Source: an uncultured Gammaproteobacteria bacterium | Lineage (GTDB): Bacteria; Pseudomonadota; Gammaproteobacteria; GCA-001735895 | Direction of reading: 5' to 3' | Length of the DNA: 39,717 bases | Assembly: GCA_964544945.1 (NCBI GenBank) | Contig: CAZJEJ010000003.1 | Location: 10,962 to 50,678 of the forward strand | Part shown: positions 31,153 through 38,698 of the stretch, piece after piece | How positions within the stretch are numbered: the first letter of the stretch is position 1 | Layout: each line of letters begins with the position of its first letter | The notes under the pieces: generated by a model | Databases searched by the model: none | What the model was told of the DNA's origin: nothing | Seen by the model: the letters and a program-made list of their open reading frames with translations, nothing else | Program-made: the position numbers and the translations under genes

Positions 31153-33240
31153 CTACATCGATGAAAAATCGTATTTGAGCAATTTTTCCGGTTTTTGCAG
31201 GAAGTTGCCCTGTACAAAATCAACTCCAAGCGTCCATAACACACTCAGTATATCGGCATCCTCAACTCCTGGGGTGATGGTGCGTATATCTAACGATGTG
31301 GCCTGATTGGAGAGTTCACGAATATTTTGCTGGTTGTCGGTATTTTGAGCCAAATTTTCCATGTAGGCCAGGTTAACACCAATATAATCCGGGCTAATAT
31401 GCCTTACCAGCTGGAATGGATTGAGCCCAGTACCGAATTCGTCCAGCGCAAACTGGCAATGCAATTGCTTTAATTCCTTGAACAGCGTTTTTGCCGCCTT
31501 GAGATGATTAACTGCATGCCCCTCGTTAACCATGAAAACCAGTTGTTCACCAGAGATCCCGGCCTTCGTCAGGCTTTCGGTAATCCATTGTGGCAGACTT
31601 GAGTCAAGTACCGAGTCGGCGCTAAGCGGGATAAAAAATTCGATTTTGCGCGATTGCTTTCCAGTTTCAATTAATTTTTTGATGGCATGTAAAATCATCC
31701 AACGATCGAGCGCTTTAGCAGTACCCGTTCTTTCGGCAGCACCCAGGTAATTCTCACGGTAAAATGTTTCTCCGCTTTCAGAGGTCAGTTCAAGGCTCGA
31801 CAGGTACCTCTCGCCATCTTCTGACTTGATGCTGACTATCGGTTGATACATTGCCTTAATTCGGTTTTTAGCGAGCGCTTCCCTGATCAGATTAGCGGTA
31901 GATCCGTCTTCTTCTTCCTGCGTCATCTCACCTTCTTTCGGAATATAGACGCTTGACCTGTTGCCGCCGGATTTTTGTACTTCATCGCAGGTTTTTTCTG
32001 CACGGGCGATGATTTCGTTCGGGTTATCGGGGGAATTTTCATCGATGAAACAAACGGCAACACTACAGGTTGCGCTAACCGATTGATTGCCTATTTCTGA
32101 TATATGCTCTTCCACCAACATTGGGATTTTGGCGGCGAAATCCTCGACCAGCTTCCTGTTTTTAGCGATACCCATGCTTATATAGGAGTAGGCTCCGAAT
32201 CGCGCTAATATCTGTCCCTCTAACTCGTTCTCCTGCAATATTCTGGCGATATCTGCAATCAAAATATCGCAACCTGAAATACCTATCATGTTGCGTATCG
32301 ACTGAAAATCATCTATCGAGATGTAGATCAAAGCGTACTGGTGGGCGTTGTTTACCGCCTCAGTGATGGCGCCTTGAAACTTATCTAGAAAGTATTGCCG
32401 ATTATACAGACCGGTGATTATATCGTGCTGGTGCAGGTAGCTGATTTGTTCTTCCAGTTCTGATGTATCCGTGTTGGAGCGAATCAGTATTTCCGTGCAA
32501 GGCTCACCGTCATAGCTGGCTTTTGAAAATTCGAGAGTCGCATTTAGAGGTTCTCCGCTGCTTTGCAACAGCTTCAGTGTGAGTTCATTATGGTCATTCT
32601 CATTTTGGCTCAGGTCGCGTAGGAATTTTTTTAGTTTATTCTGTTGTGTGGGATCGACCATGTCGATGATCGGCGTACCCTCCAGTTCGTCAAAATCAAC
32701 GTTGCCAAACAATTCCATGTAGGATTCGTTGGCGAAAATGTGCATGCCTTCATGAACATAGGCAACAGCATCCCTGGAATTTGCGAGTAATGACTGGCAA
32801 CGTTTTTCGCTTTCCTGAATTTCGAGCTCCATGTGTGTCGCTTTGCGCCACAGGGCTAAACTATAAGCCTCTCGCTTGATGACCAGGTACAGATGTTCTA
32901 AATCATCCGATGAAACTACATCCTGCGCTCCTTCGGAGATCAATTTTACAACGAGTTTTGGTGATGTTTTTTTCACCATCGATACGAGCGCGACATGCCG
33001 GCCACATTCACGGATCAGGTGTTGCGCCTGCTGCAGGGTAATGTCAGGCAGGTCATTGGAAAACAATACCAGATCAATGGTTTTGTTGCTCAGGATGTTA
33101 CCCATGGTTTCGAGGTCATCGGCAAATTCAGCGCGTACCTGCATACCGGCAGCACGCAATGAACTGGTAATTTGTTCTGCCTCGTGAAAGCCATCATATA
33201 CGATGAGCAGACGGATCAGCTTTTCTGTTTCCAAATTCAT
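31153..33240 (-). CDS. FimX-like REC-PAS-GGDEF-EAL protein with degenerate receiver, cyclase and phosphodiesterase motifs (probable c-di-GMP receptor)
   Basis: 695 aa. In the N-terminal receiver-like fold, the canonical DLVLLDxxMP reads DLVLFSNDLP. A PAS region follows (SRDAVAYVHEGMHIFANESYMELFG). The GGDEF domain starts TGLYNRQYF but its signature reads RFGAYSY. The EAL domain has YQPIV but EAL reads SSL, DDFGTG reads DEFGTG, and EGVE reads PGVE. Confidence 0.8.
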   Translation of the reverse strand: MNLETEKLIRLLIVYDGFHEAEQITSSLRAAGMQVRAEFADDLETMGNILSNKTIDLVLFSNDLPDITLQQAQHLIRECGRHVALVSMVKKTSPKLVVKLISEGAQDVVSSDDLEHLYLVIKREAYSLALWRKATHMELEIQESEKRCQSLLANSRDAVAYVHEGMHIFANESYMELFGNVDFDELEGTPIIDMVDPTQQNKLKKFLRDLSQNENDHNELTLKLLQSSGEPLNATLEFSKASYDGEPCTEILIRSNTDTSELEEQISYLHQHDIITGLYNRQYFLDKFQGAITEAVNNAHQYALIYISIDDFQSIRNMIGISGCDILIADIARILQENELEGQILARFGAYSYISMGIAKNRKLVEDFAAKIPMLVEEHISEIGNQSVSATCSVAVCFIDENSPDNPNEIIARAEKTCDEVQKSGGNRSSVYIPKEGEMTQEEEDGSTANLIREALAKNRIKAMYQPIVSIKSEDGERYLSSLELTSESGETFYRENYLGAAERTGTAKALDRWMILHAIKKLIETGKQSRKIEFFIPLSADSVLDSSLPQWITESLTKAGISGEQLVFMVNEGHAVNHLKAAKTLFKELKQLHCQFALDEFGTGLNPFQLVRHISPDYIGVNLAYMENLAQNTDNQQNIRELSNQATSLDIRTITPGVEDADILSVLWTLGVDFVQGNFLQKPEKLLKYDFSSM

Positions 33241-33350
33241 ACTGGTTTAATGATTTTTAATCGCTTTATCATAACGTAATTTATCTTCCCGTACTGATTT
33301 TTTGGCAGAGATTTATCATCGCTGCCCGGCAAAATCGAGTAAGTAGATTG

Positions 33351-33423
33351 TACCTGTAGGGCCGAATTCATTCGGCCAATAATTCGAAACGCTGCCGGTC
33401 GAATAAATTAGACCCTACAGGTA
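33351..33423. repeat. REPIN-like inverted pair of REP elements (GTAG plus imperfect palindrome) in the fimX-like / efp divergent spacer
   Basis: TACCTGTAGGG (33351-33361) and CCCTACAGGTA (33413-33423) are a perfect 11-bp inverted repeat. The arms extend to about 27 nt with 4 mismatches. The left arm contains the perfect local hairpin GGCCGAAT-TC-ATTCGGCC. The right arm, GGTCGAATAAATTAGACCCTAC, matches the units at 25753 and 25838. Confidence 0.8.
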
Positions 33424-33513
33424 TTACTCAATCGGAGGAGGATTTATTTTCAGGTCAGATATATGTCGCGTCAACGGTGAATCCGTTATCATGTCGCTTT
33501 TTGGGCGTATGAC

Positions 33514-34083
33514 ATGGCCAGTTTTAACACCAGTGAGTTTCGTAGCGGATTAAAAATTATGATCAGTGGGGATCCCTGCGCGATAATAGAAAACGAATTT
33601 GTCAAACCCGGTAAAGGGCAGGCCTTCAACCGGGTAAAAATACGCAACCTAAAAACTGGCCGGGTTTTAGACAAAACCTTTAAATCTGGTGAGACGGTCG
33701 AGGGGGCGGACGTTATCGATATTAGCATGCAGTATCTCTATAGCGATGGAGAGTTCTGGCATTTCATGGTGCCCGAAACATACGAGCAGCACGCGGCAGA
33801 TGCAAGCGCGGTGAGCGAGTCGCATCTTTGGCTTAAGGGGCAGGATATGTGCGTGGTTACGCTCTATAATGGAAGCCCGATCGTGGTGACACCACCCAAT
33901 TTTGTCGAGCTGGAAATAACCGATACCGATCCTGGTCTGAAGGGTGACACGGCACAAGGTGGCACCAAACCGGCCACTCTAGAAACCGGTGCGGTAGTCA
34001 AGTTACCGTTATTCCTGGAAATTGGTGAGACAGTGAAGGTAGACACTCGATCGGGCGAATATATTTCGCGGGTAAAAAAGTAG
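33514..34083 (+). CDS. efp: Elongation factor P (Lys34 type)
   Basis: Near-identical to E. coli EF-P across [38 protein letters not shown] and [12 protein letters not shown]. The modification loop is KPGKGQA. Confidence 0.96.
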   Translation: MASFNTSEFRSGLKIMISGDPCAIIENEFVKPGKGQAFNRVKIRNLKTGRVLDKTFKSGETVEGADVIDISMQYLYSDGEFWHFMVPETYEQHAADASAVSESHLWLKGQDMCVVTLYNGSPIVVTPPNFVELEITDTDPGLKGDTAQGGTKPATLETGAVVKLPLFLEIGETVKVDTRSGEYISRVKK

Positions 34084-34096
34084 TTACCGCGTTGAG

Positions 34097-35029
34097 ATGA
34101 ACTGGCGGCCATCAGCTACGCTCGAAACCATTCGAGAAAGAGCCCGGATTTATCAAAAAATTCGGGTTTTTTTTGAAACGCGTGGAATTCTTGAAGTAGA
34201 TACACCATTACTATCCACCGCGACTAATACCGATGCGCATATCACCTCGATTGAGGCGTCGAATCTCGGGTTGCCTCTATATCTACAAACTTCTCCTGAA
34301 TTTGCAATGAAGCGCCTGCTTGCCGCGAATACTGGCTCGATCTATCAAATATGCCATGCTTTTCGAGCAGGTGAACAAGGTGGGAGGCATCGCCCTGAAT
34401 TTACCCTGCTCGAATGGTACCGGACTGGATTCGAATATCAGCGGCTGATGGATGAAATGGAGCAGTTGATCGATTGCCTGAGCGATCGGGAAAATCAATT
34501 CCAGCGTATTACTTACCGAGCACTGTTTCTCGATGAAACCGGGATAGATATTAACAGTATAGAATTACCCGAACTTCGGAGGCGCTGCGACAGGCTTTTG
34601 CGAGGCACGGATTCCAGCACGCTCGATTTCGATCAGTGTCTGGACCTGTTGATCGCTTTGGTATTAGCGCCCGCCATGCAGGGGTACGTATTCGTATACG
34701 ACTATCCGCTGTCGCAGGCTGCGCTGGCACGGGTGAGCGAGCGCAACTCCGAAGTTGCCGAGCGTTTTGAACTGTTTCACGATGGGTTGGAGTTGGCGAA
34801 TGGTTTTTCAGAGTTAACCGATGCGCAACTACAGGGGAAGCGATTCCAGGCAGACAACAGGCAACGTGAAGACAATGCATTGCCTCGATACCCGATCGAC
34901 CAACGCCTGCTCGCAGCACTTGAAAACGGGTTACCCGAGTGCGCAGGCGTAGCTCTCGGTCTGGATCGGCTATTGATGGTATTGCTGGGCCTGGACTCGA
35001 TCGATCAGGTCATGAGTTTTATCGATTAG
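34097..35029 (+). CDS. epmA: EF-P--(R)-beta-lysine ligase EpmA (GenX/PoxA)
   Basis: Truncated class II LysRS-like catalytic core (FFETRGILEVDTPLL, FRAGE.GGRH.PEFTLLEWY, ELANGF.EL, GVALGLDRLLM) with no anticodon-binding domain; 310 aa. It starts 13 nt downstream of efp. Confidence 0.9.
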   Translation: MNWRPSATLETIRERARIYQKIRVFFETRGILEVDTPLLSTATNTDAHITSIEASNLGLPLYLQTSPEFAMKRLLAANTGSIYQICHAFRAGEQGGRHRPEFTLLEWYRTGFEYQRLMDEMEQLIDCLSDRENQFQRITYRALFLDETGIDINSIELPELRRRCDRLLRGTDSSTLDFDQCLDLLIALVLAPAMQGYVFVYDYPLSQAALARVSERNSEVAERFELFHDGLELANGFSELTDAQLQGKRFQADNRQREDNALPRYPIDQRLLAALENGLPECAGVALGLDRLLMVLLGLDSIDQVMSFID

Positions 35030-35033
35030 GGGA

Positions 35034-35936
35034 TTATTTTCCTGCCGAAGACGTTTTGTGTGGGGGCCTGGGGAAATGACCGATTAGTTCACCCATTCTA
35101 ACACTTTGATTCGCGTGCATTTTTTTTAACCATTCCACATTACCAGCGGTGAGCAATATCACCGTTGACCCCATGTTGAAGCGGCCCATTTCCTCGCCTT
35201 TTGAGTAGCGTATTTTTGTATGCGAGTAATCGTAATCGTTTATTTTCCTGCCCTTTGGTGGAGTGACCAGGCCACTCCATACGGTTTCGATCGCGGCAAC
35301 ATTAATCGCGCCGACCAGTACCATGGCTAGCGGTCCAGCTCCGGTTGCAAACAGGCATACCACGCGCTCGTTGCGGGCAAAGATCCGTGGAATTGTGCGT
35401 ACTGTCCACGGCGCTACGCTAAACAGGCGCCCCGGTACATGGATCATTTTTTTCAACTCGGCATCGAGTGGCATGTGTAGGCGATGGTAATTATTCGGTG
35501 CCAGGTAAATCGTCGCAAAGCGTCCATTCTTGAAATAATTCGCCATGGTTTGATCGCCCCCGAGTAACTCGAGGGCAGTGTAGTCATGACCCTTGGCCTG
35601 AAATATATGCCCCTGTTCGATATTGCCAGCCTCGGAAACGGTGCCATCAGCGGGGCTTGCTACCATGTTTTTTCCGGCAACCACCGGGCGTGTTCCGCTT
35701 TTCAGATCGCGTGTGAAAAATTCGTTAAAGGTTTTGTAAGCCTTGATATTTTCGTAAGTCGCATCGCTCATATCAACCTTAAATCTGCGGATAAACCACC
35801 GGATCATTGGTGGCACGAATGGCCCTTTTAAGCGCGTAATAAAATAAATCAACCTGGAAATTAAATGATGAGGTAGTATAAAAAACAGTCCGATTTTGAA
35901 TATTTCTTTTTTACTCAGTTTGATTGAGTCACTCAT
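35034..35936 (-). CDS. psd: Phosphatidylserine decarboxylase proenzyme
   Basis: Co-linear with E. coli Psd (YKVDM, FNEFF.R, QAKGH.Y, FARNERV.CLF). Self-cleavage motif in GRFNMGSTVILL. Confidence 0.93.
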   Translation of the reverse strand: MSDSIKLSKKEIFKIGLFFILPHHLISRLIYFITRLKGPFVPPMIRWFIRRFKVDMSDATYENIKAYKTFNEFFTRDLKSGTRPVVAGKNMVASPADGTVSEAGNIEQGHIFQAKGHDYTALELLGGDQTMANYFKNGRFATIYLAPNNYHRLHMPLDAELKKMIHVPGRLFSVAPWTVRTIPRIFARNERVVCLFATGAGPLAMVLVGAINVAAIETVWSGLVTPPKGRKINDYDYSHTKIRYSKGEEMGRFNMGSTVILLTAGNVEWLKKMHANQSVRMGELIGHFPRPPHKTSSAGK

Positions 35937-35938
35937 CG

Positions 35939-36355
35939 CTATTTCCTGACCTTCATCGGTACCGCTCTCTTATTTCCATTGTCAAAAATCAAAGTCACTG
36001 TTACCTCGTCTCCGGGTGATAGATGCTGCAATGGATTCATCAACATCAGATGTAGGCCACCCGGTTTCAGAGGCAGCGTTTCGCCAGCCTTAATCGAAAC
36101 AACATCGACTGGTCGCATACTCATCATGCCATCTTTATCAACACTTTCGTGAATTTCTATACGGGAAAATGTCTCACTTTCGACCGATACGATAGTGAGC
36201 TCTACGTTGCCATTATTGGAAAGGATCATATAACCGGCCCGCATGGGTATAGCAGGTGGCAGATTTCTGATCCAGGCATCGGTGACCAGCAGATCATCTG
36301 CAGCAACGGTTAGCGAAGTAAAAAATAAGGTAATAATGGCCAGACGCATAATCAT
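35939..36355 (-). CDS. Periplasmic copper chaperone PCu(A)C (DUF461 family)
   Basis: Signal peptide MIMRLAIITLFFTSLTVAA. Cu(I)-site pattern H-x(n)-M ... H-x-M is present (IEIHESVDKDGMMSM ... GGLHLMLM); 138 aa. Its stop lies 2 nt before the psd ATG. Confidence 0.8.
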   Translation of the reverse strand: MIMRLAIITLFFTSLTVAADDLLVTDAWIRNLPPAIPMRAGYMILSNNGNVELTIVSVESETFSRIEIHESVDKDGMMSMRPVDVVSIKAGETLPLKPGGLHLMLMNPLQHLSPGDEVTVTLIFDNGNKRAVPMKVRK

Positions 36356-36363
36356 GAGTTGTT

Positions 36364-36403
36364 TAAGTCCTGTGAGTAAGTCCTGTGCAATGATCTTGCA
36401 CAG
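36364..36403. promoter_or_regulatory. Operator-like direct plus inverted repeats just upstream of the PCu(A)C start
   Basis: TAAGTCCTGTG occurs twice (36364-36374 and 36377-36387). The second copy runs into the inverted repeat CTGTGCA (36383-36389) / TGCACAG (36397-36403), separated by 7 nt. Confidence 0.3.
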
Positions 36404-36571
36404 ATCACTCGCAAAAGTACCGCTATGATGCGGTGTGTTAAGTAGGCCATGGTATTCATACCACCGGTTTAATTAGGTTTGGGAGGGTATGCCTGATCTC
36501 TATGCCGAGCCGGTATCTGGTTTATAGTGTAGAATTCGATACATTATATTTTAACTGGTTCGAAACTCAAC

Positions 36572-37531
36572 GTGGCCGACTCAAAAGCGCCAAAGGCATT
36601 AAACACTATTCGAGATTTCATCCGTTGGGGCAGTAGTGAATTCAATCGGCAAAGTCTGACCTTCGGCCACGGCTTTGTCAGTGCAATCGACGAGGCGAAG
36701 TACCTGACTTTGTATGCACTTGACCTGGATTTTGACTGGCCGGAAGCCTACTTCGATTGCGCCTTGACGGATGAAGAGCGAGAGAAGGTGGCAGATATCC
36801 TCAAATTGCGTGCTAGCTCGAGGCAACCTGCTGCCTATATCACGCACGAGTCCTGGTTTTGCGGCCTCAAGTTTTATGTCGATGAACGGGTTCTGGTGCC
36901 GCGCTCGCCGATTGCCGAATTAATTGCAAACCGATTTGAACCATGGGTGGATAGCGCCCAGATCACTCGAATTCTGGATCTGTGCACCGGTTGTGCCTGT
37001 ATCGCGATTGCCAGCCAGTACGCTTTTCCAGATGCCGAAGTTAGTGCTTCGGATATCTCCCCCAGTGCGCTGGAAGTGGCACGTATCAACTGCCGTAATC
37101 ACAATTTAGACGATCGATTAAAGTGCTACGAATCGGACCTGTTAGACCAGATTCCGCCTGTGCAATTTGATGTCATCGTCAGCAACCCTCCGTATGTCGA
37201 TGCTGAAGATATGGCGGCTCTGAGTGACGAATTTCGTTTCGAGCCCGATATAGGGCTGGCGGCTGGAAGCGACGGCCTTGCACTGGTCGATCGCATATTG
37301 ACGCAGGCCGGTGATTACTTGAGTGATAACGGTGTCCTGATTATAGAGGTCGGTAATTCTCAGGCTGCGATGATGGAGAAATATTCGTTTTTACCAATGA
37401 TCTGGCTTGATTTCGAGTTTGGCGACGGTGGTGTATGCTGTATTCAGTCGCAGGATCTCAAGCAGCAATTTCAAAATATTTCTCTGGCGACAGATCAACT
37501 GGCAGTGGTGCAACAGGGTAATTCTACTTAA
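36572..37531 (+). CDS. prmB: Ribosomal protein uL3 glutamine N5-methyltransferase PrmB
   Basis: Co-linear with E. coli PrmB (FYVDERVLVPRSPI.EL, CTG.GCIAIA..YAFPDAEV.A.DISP.AL, NPPYVDAEDM, GVLI.EVGNS). GTG 36572 is the only plausible start and has a weak RBS. Confidence 0.88.
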   Translation: MADSKAPKALNTIRDFIRWGSSEFNRQSLTFGHGFVSAIDEAKYLTLYALDLDFDWPEAYFDCALTDEEREKVADILKLRASSRQPAAYITHESWFCGLKFYVDERVLVPRSPIAELIANRFEPWVDSAQITRILDLCTGCACIAIASQYAFPDAEVSASDISPSALEVARINCRNHNLDDRLKCYESDLLDQIPPVQFDVIVSNPPYVDAEDMAALSDEFRFEPDIGLAAGSDGLALVDRILTQAGDYLSDNGVLIIEVGNSQAAMMEKYSFLPMIWLDFEFGDGGVCCIQSQDLKQQFQNISLATDQLAVVQQGNST

Positions 37532-37543
37532 GCGAGGCAGGCG

Positions 37544-38332
37544 ATGGCATGGTGGGGCAAGGCGCTCGGTGGCGCATTTGGTTTTATGATCGGCGGACCT
37601 TTGGGCGCACTCATGGGGATCGCCTTTGGGCACAATTTTGATCGAGGATTCAAAGGCCTGGGCGATTCCAATTGGCAAGGAGCCGACCAGGGTCGGGTTC
37701 AGGCAGCCTTTTTTACCGCTGCTTTTTCAGTTATGGGATATATTGCCAAGGCGGACGGTAAGGTAACGCCAGACGAAATTAAACTGGCCCAGGCGGTGAT
37801 GAGTCATCTGGGTCTGCCTGCCGAAATGCGGGAATCGGCGAAAAAGTTGTTCAATGAAGGTAAATCGAGCGATTTTCCACTCGATGAAGTACTCGATCAG
37901 TTCAAAAAGGAATCCCGCCGTCGCACCACCCTGATCCAGATGTTTTTAGAGATTCAGTTACAGGCTGCCTACGCCGATGGCGTCATGCATCCCTCCGAAA
38001 GAAAGGTACTCAACCATATATGCCAACGTTTGGGATTTCCACCTGCCCACCTCGATCGCATGGAAGAAATGCTCAAGGCTGGATTTGGTGGTGGCTATCG
38101 ACACGCGAAATCGCCTCAGACCTCGCTAGAAGACGCGTACAAGTTGATGGGTATTGATAGATCTACTAGCGACGGCGACCTGAAAAAGGCCTATCGTCGT
38201 CTGATGTCGCAACATCATCCCGATAAGCTGGTGGCTAAGGGTTTGCCAGATGAAATGATCAGGGATGCTACGGAGAAAACCCAGCAAATTAAAAGTGCTT
38301 ACGAAACCGTACGCGAATCCCGAGGAATATGA
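37544..38332 (+). CDS. djlA: Membrane-anchored DnaJ-like co-chaperone DjlA
   Basis: N-terminal Gly-rich TM (WWGKALGGAFGFMIGGPLGALMGIAFGH), TerB-like middle region (MFLEIQLQAAYADG.MHP.ER), and a C-terminal J domain (AYRRLMSQHHPDKLVAKGLP). Co-linear with E. coli DjlA. Confidence 0.93.
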   Translation: MAWWGKALGGAFGFMIGGPLGALMGIAFGHNFDRGFKGLGDSNWQGADQGRVQAAFFTAAFSVMGYIAKADGKVTPDEIKLAQAVMSHLGLPAEMRESAKKLFNEGKSSDFPLDEVLDQFKKESRRRTTLIQMFLEIQLQAAYADGVMHPSERKVLNHICQRLGFPPAHLDRMEEMLKAGFGGGYRHAKSPQTSLEDAYKLMGIDRSTSDGDLKKAYRRLMSQHHPDKLVAKGLPDEMIRDATEKTQQIKSAYETVRESRGI

Positions 38333-38378
38333 ACTTAGCTGCATATTGATATACGGCCAGGCAGGTCTCTTAGCGCCA

Positions 38379-38684
38379 ATGAAAAAATTGTATACCCATG
38401 AAAATCGCCTGATTATCTACAACCTGAAGAATGTATTACAGGAGTCGGGGATTGCGAGTCAGGTTTTCAACGAATATGCATCCGGTGGTGTCGGAGATCT
38501 GGCTACTTTTGATACCTGGCCCGAATTATGGGTGACGCATAGTAACCAGTTTGATCGGGCGGAATCTATACTACGCAATATTGTATCTGATCACTGCGGG
38601 CAGGAATGGTATTGCAGGGGTTGTCAGGAAAAAAATGACGCCGCTTTCGAGCTATGCTGGAACTGCGGTATGATCAGTCCATAA
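38379..38684 (+). CDS. DUF2007-like small protein with a C-terminal RanBP2-type zinc finger
   Basis: 101 aa from ATG 38379; the ORF-track start at 38265 overlaps djlA. The N-terminal about 70 aa resembles the putative signal-transducing DUF2007 fold (RLIIYNLKNVLQESGI...). The C-terminus WYCRGCQEKNDAAFELCWNC fits W-x-C-x2-C-x3-N-x6-C-x2-C exactly. Confidence 0.7.
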   Translation: MKKLYTHENRLIIYNLKNVLQESGIASQVFNEYASGGVGDLATFDTWPELWVTHSNQFDRAESILRNIVSDHCGQEWYCRGCQEKNDAAFELCWNCGMISP

Positions 38685-38698
38685 AAGAGGGCATCTTT

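Noticed and set aside
33491-33553. 20-codon upstream ORF ([20 protein letters not shown]) overlapping the efp start in another frame.
   Set aside because: It has no RBS and no recognisable leader-peptide logic. Such short ORFs are expected by chance.
36520-36556. AT-rich stretch GATACATTATATTTTAAC, checked as a possible dif site; the spacers flanking xerD were checked as well.
   Set aside because: It gives only a partial match (about 7 of 11) to the XerD arm of the E. coli dif consensus as I remember it, and it has no XerC arm.
36557-36565. GGTTCGAAA, resembling a tRNA T-loop, in the PCu(A)C/prmB spacer.
   Set aside because: The flanking bases cannot form a T-stem (ACTGG vs CTCAA), and no acceptor or anticodon arms can be drawn.
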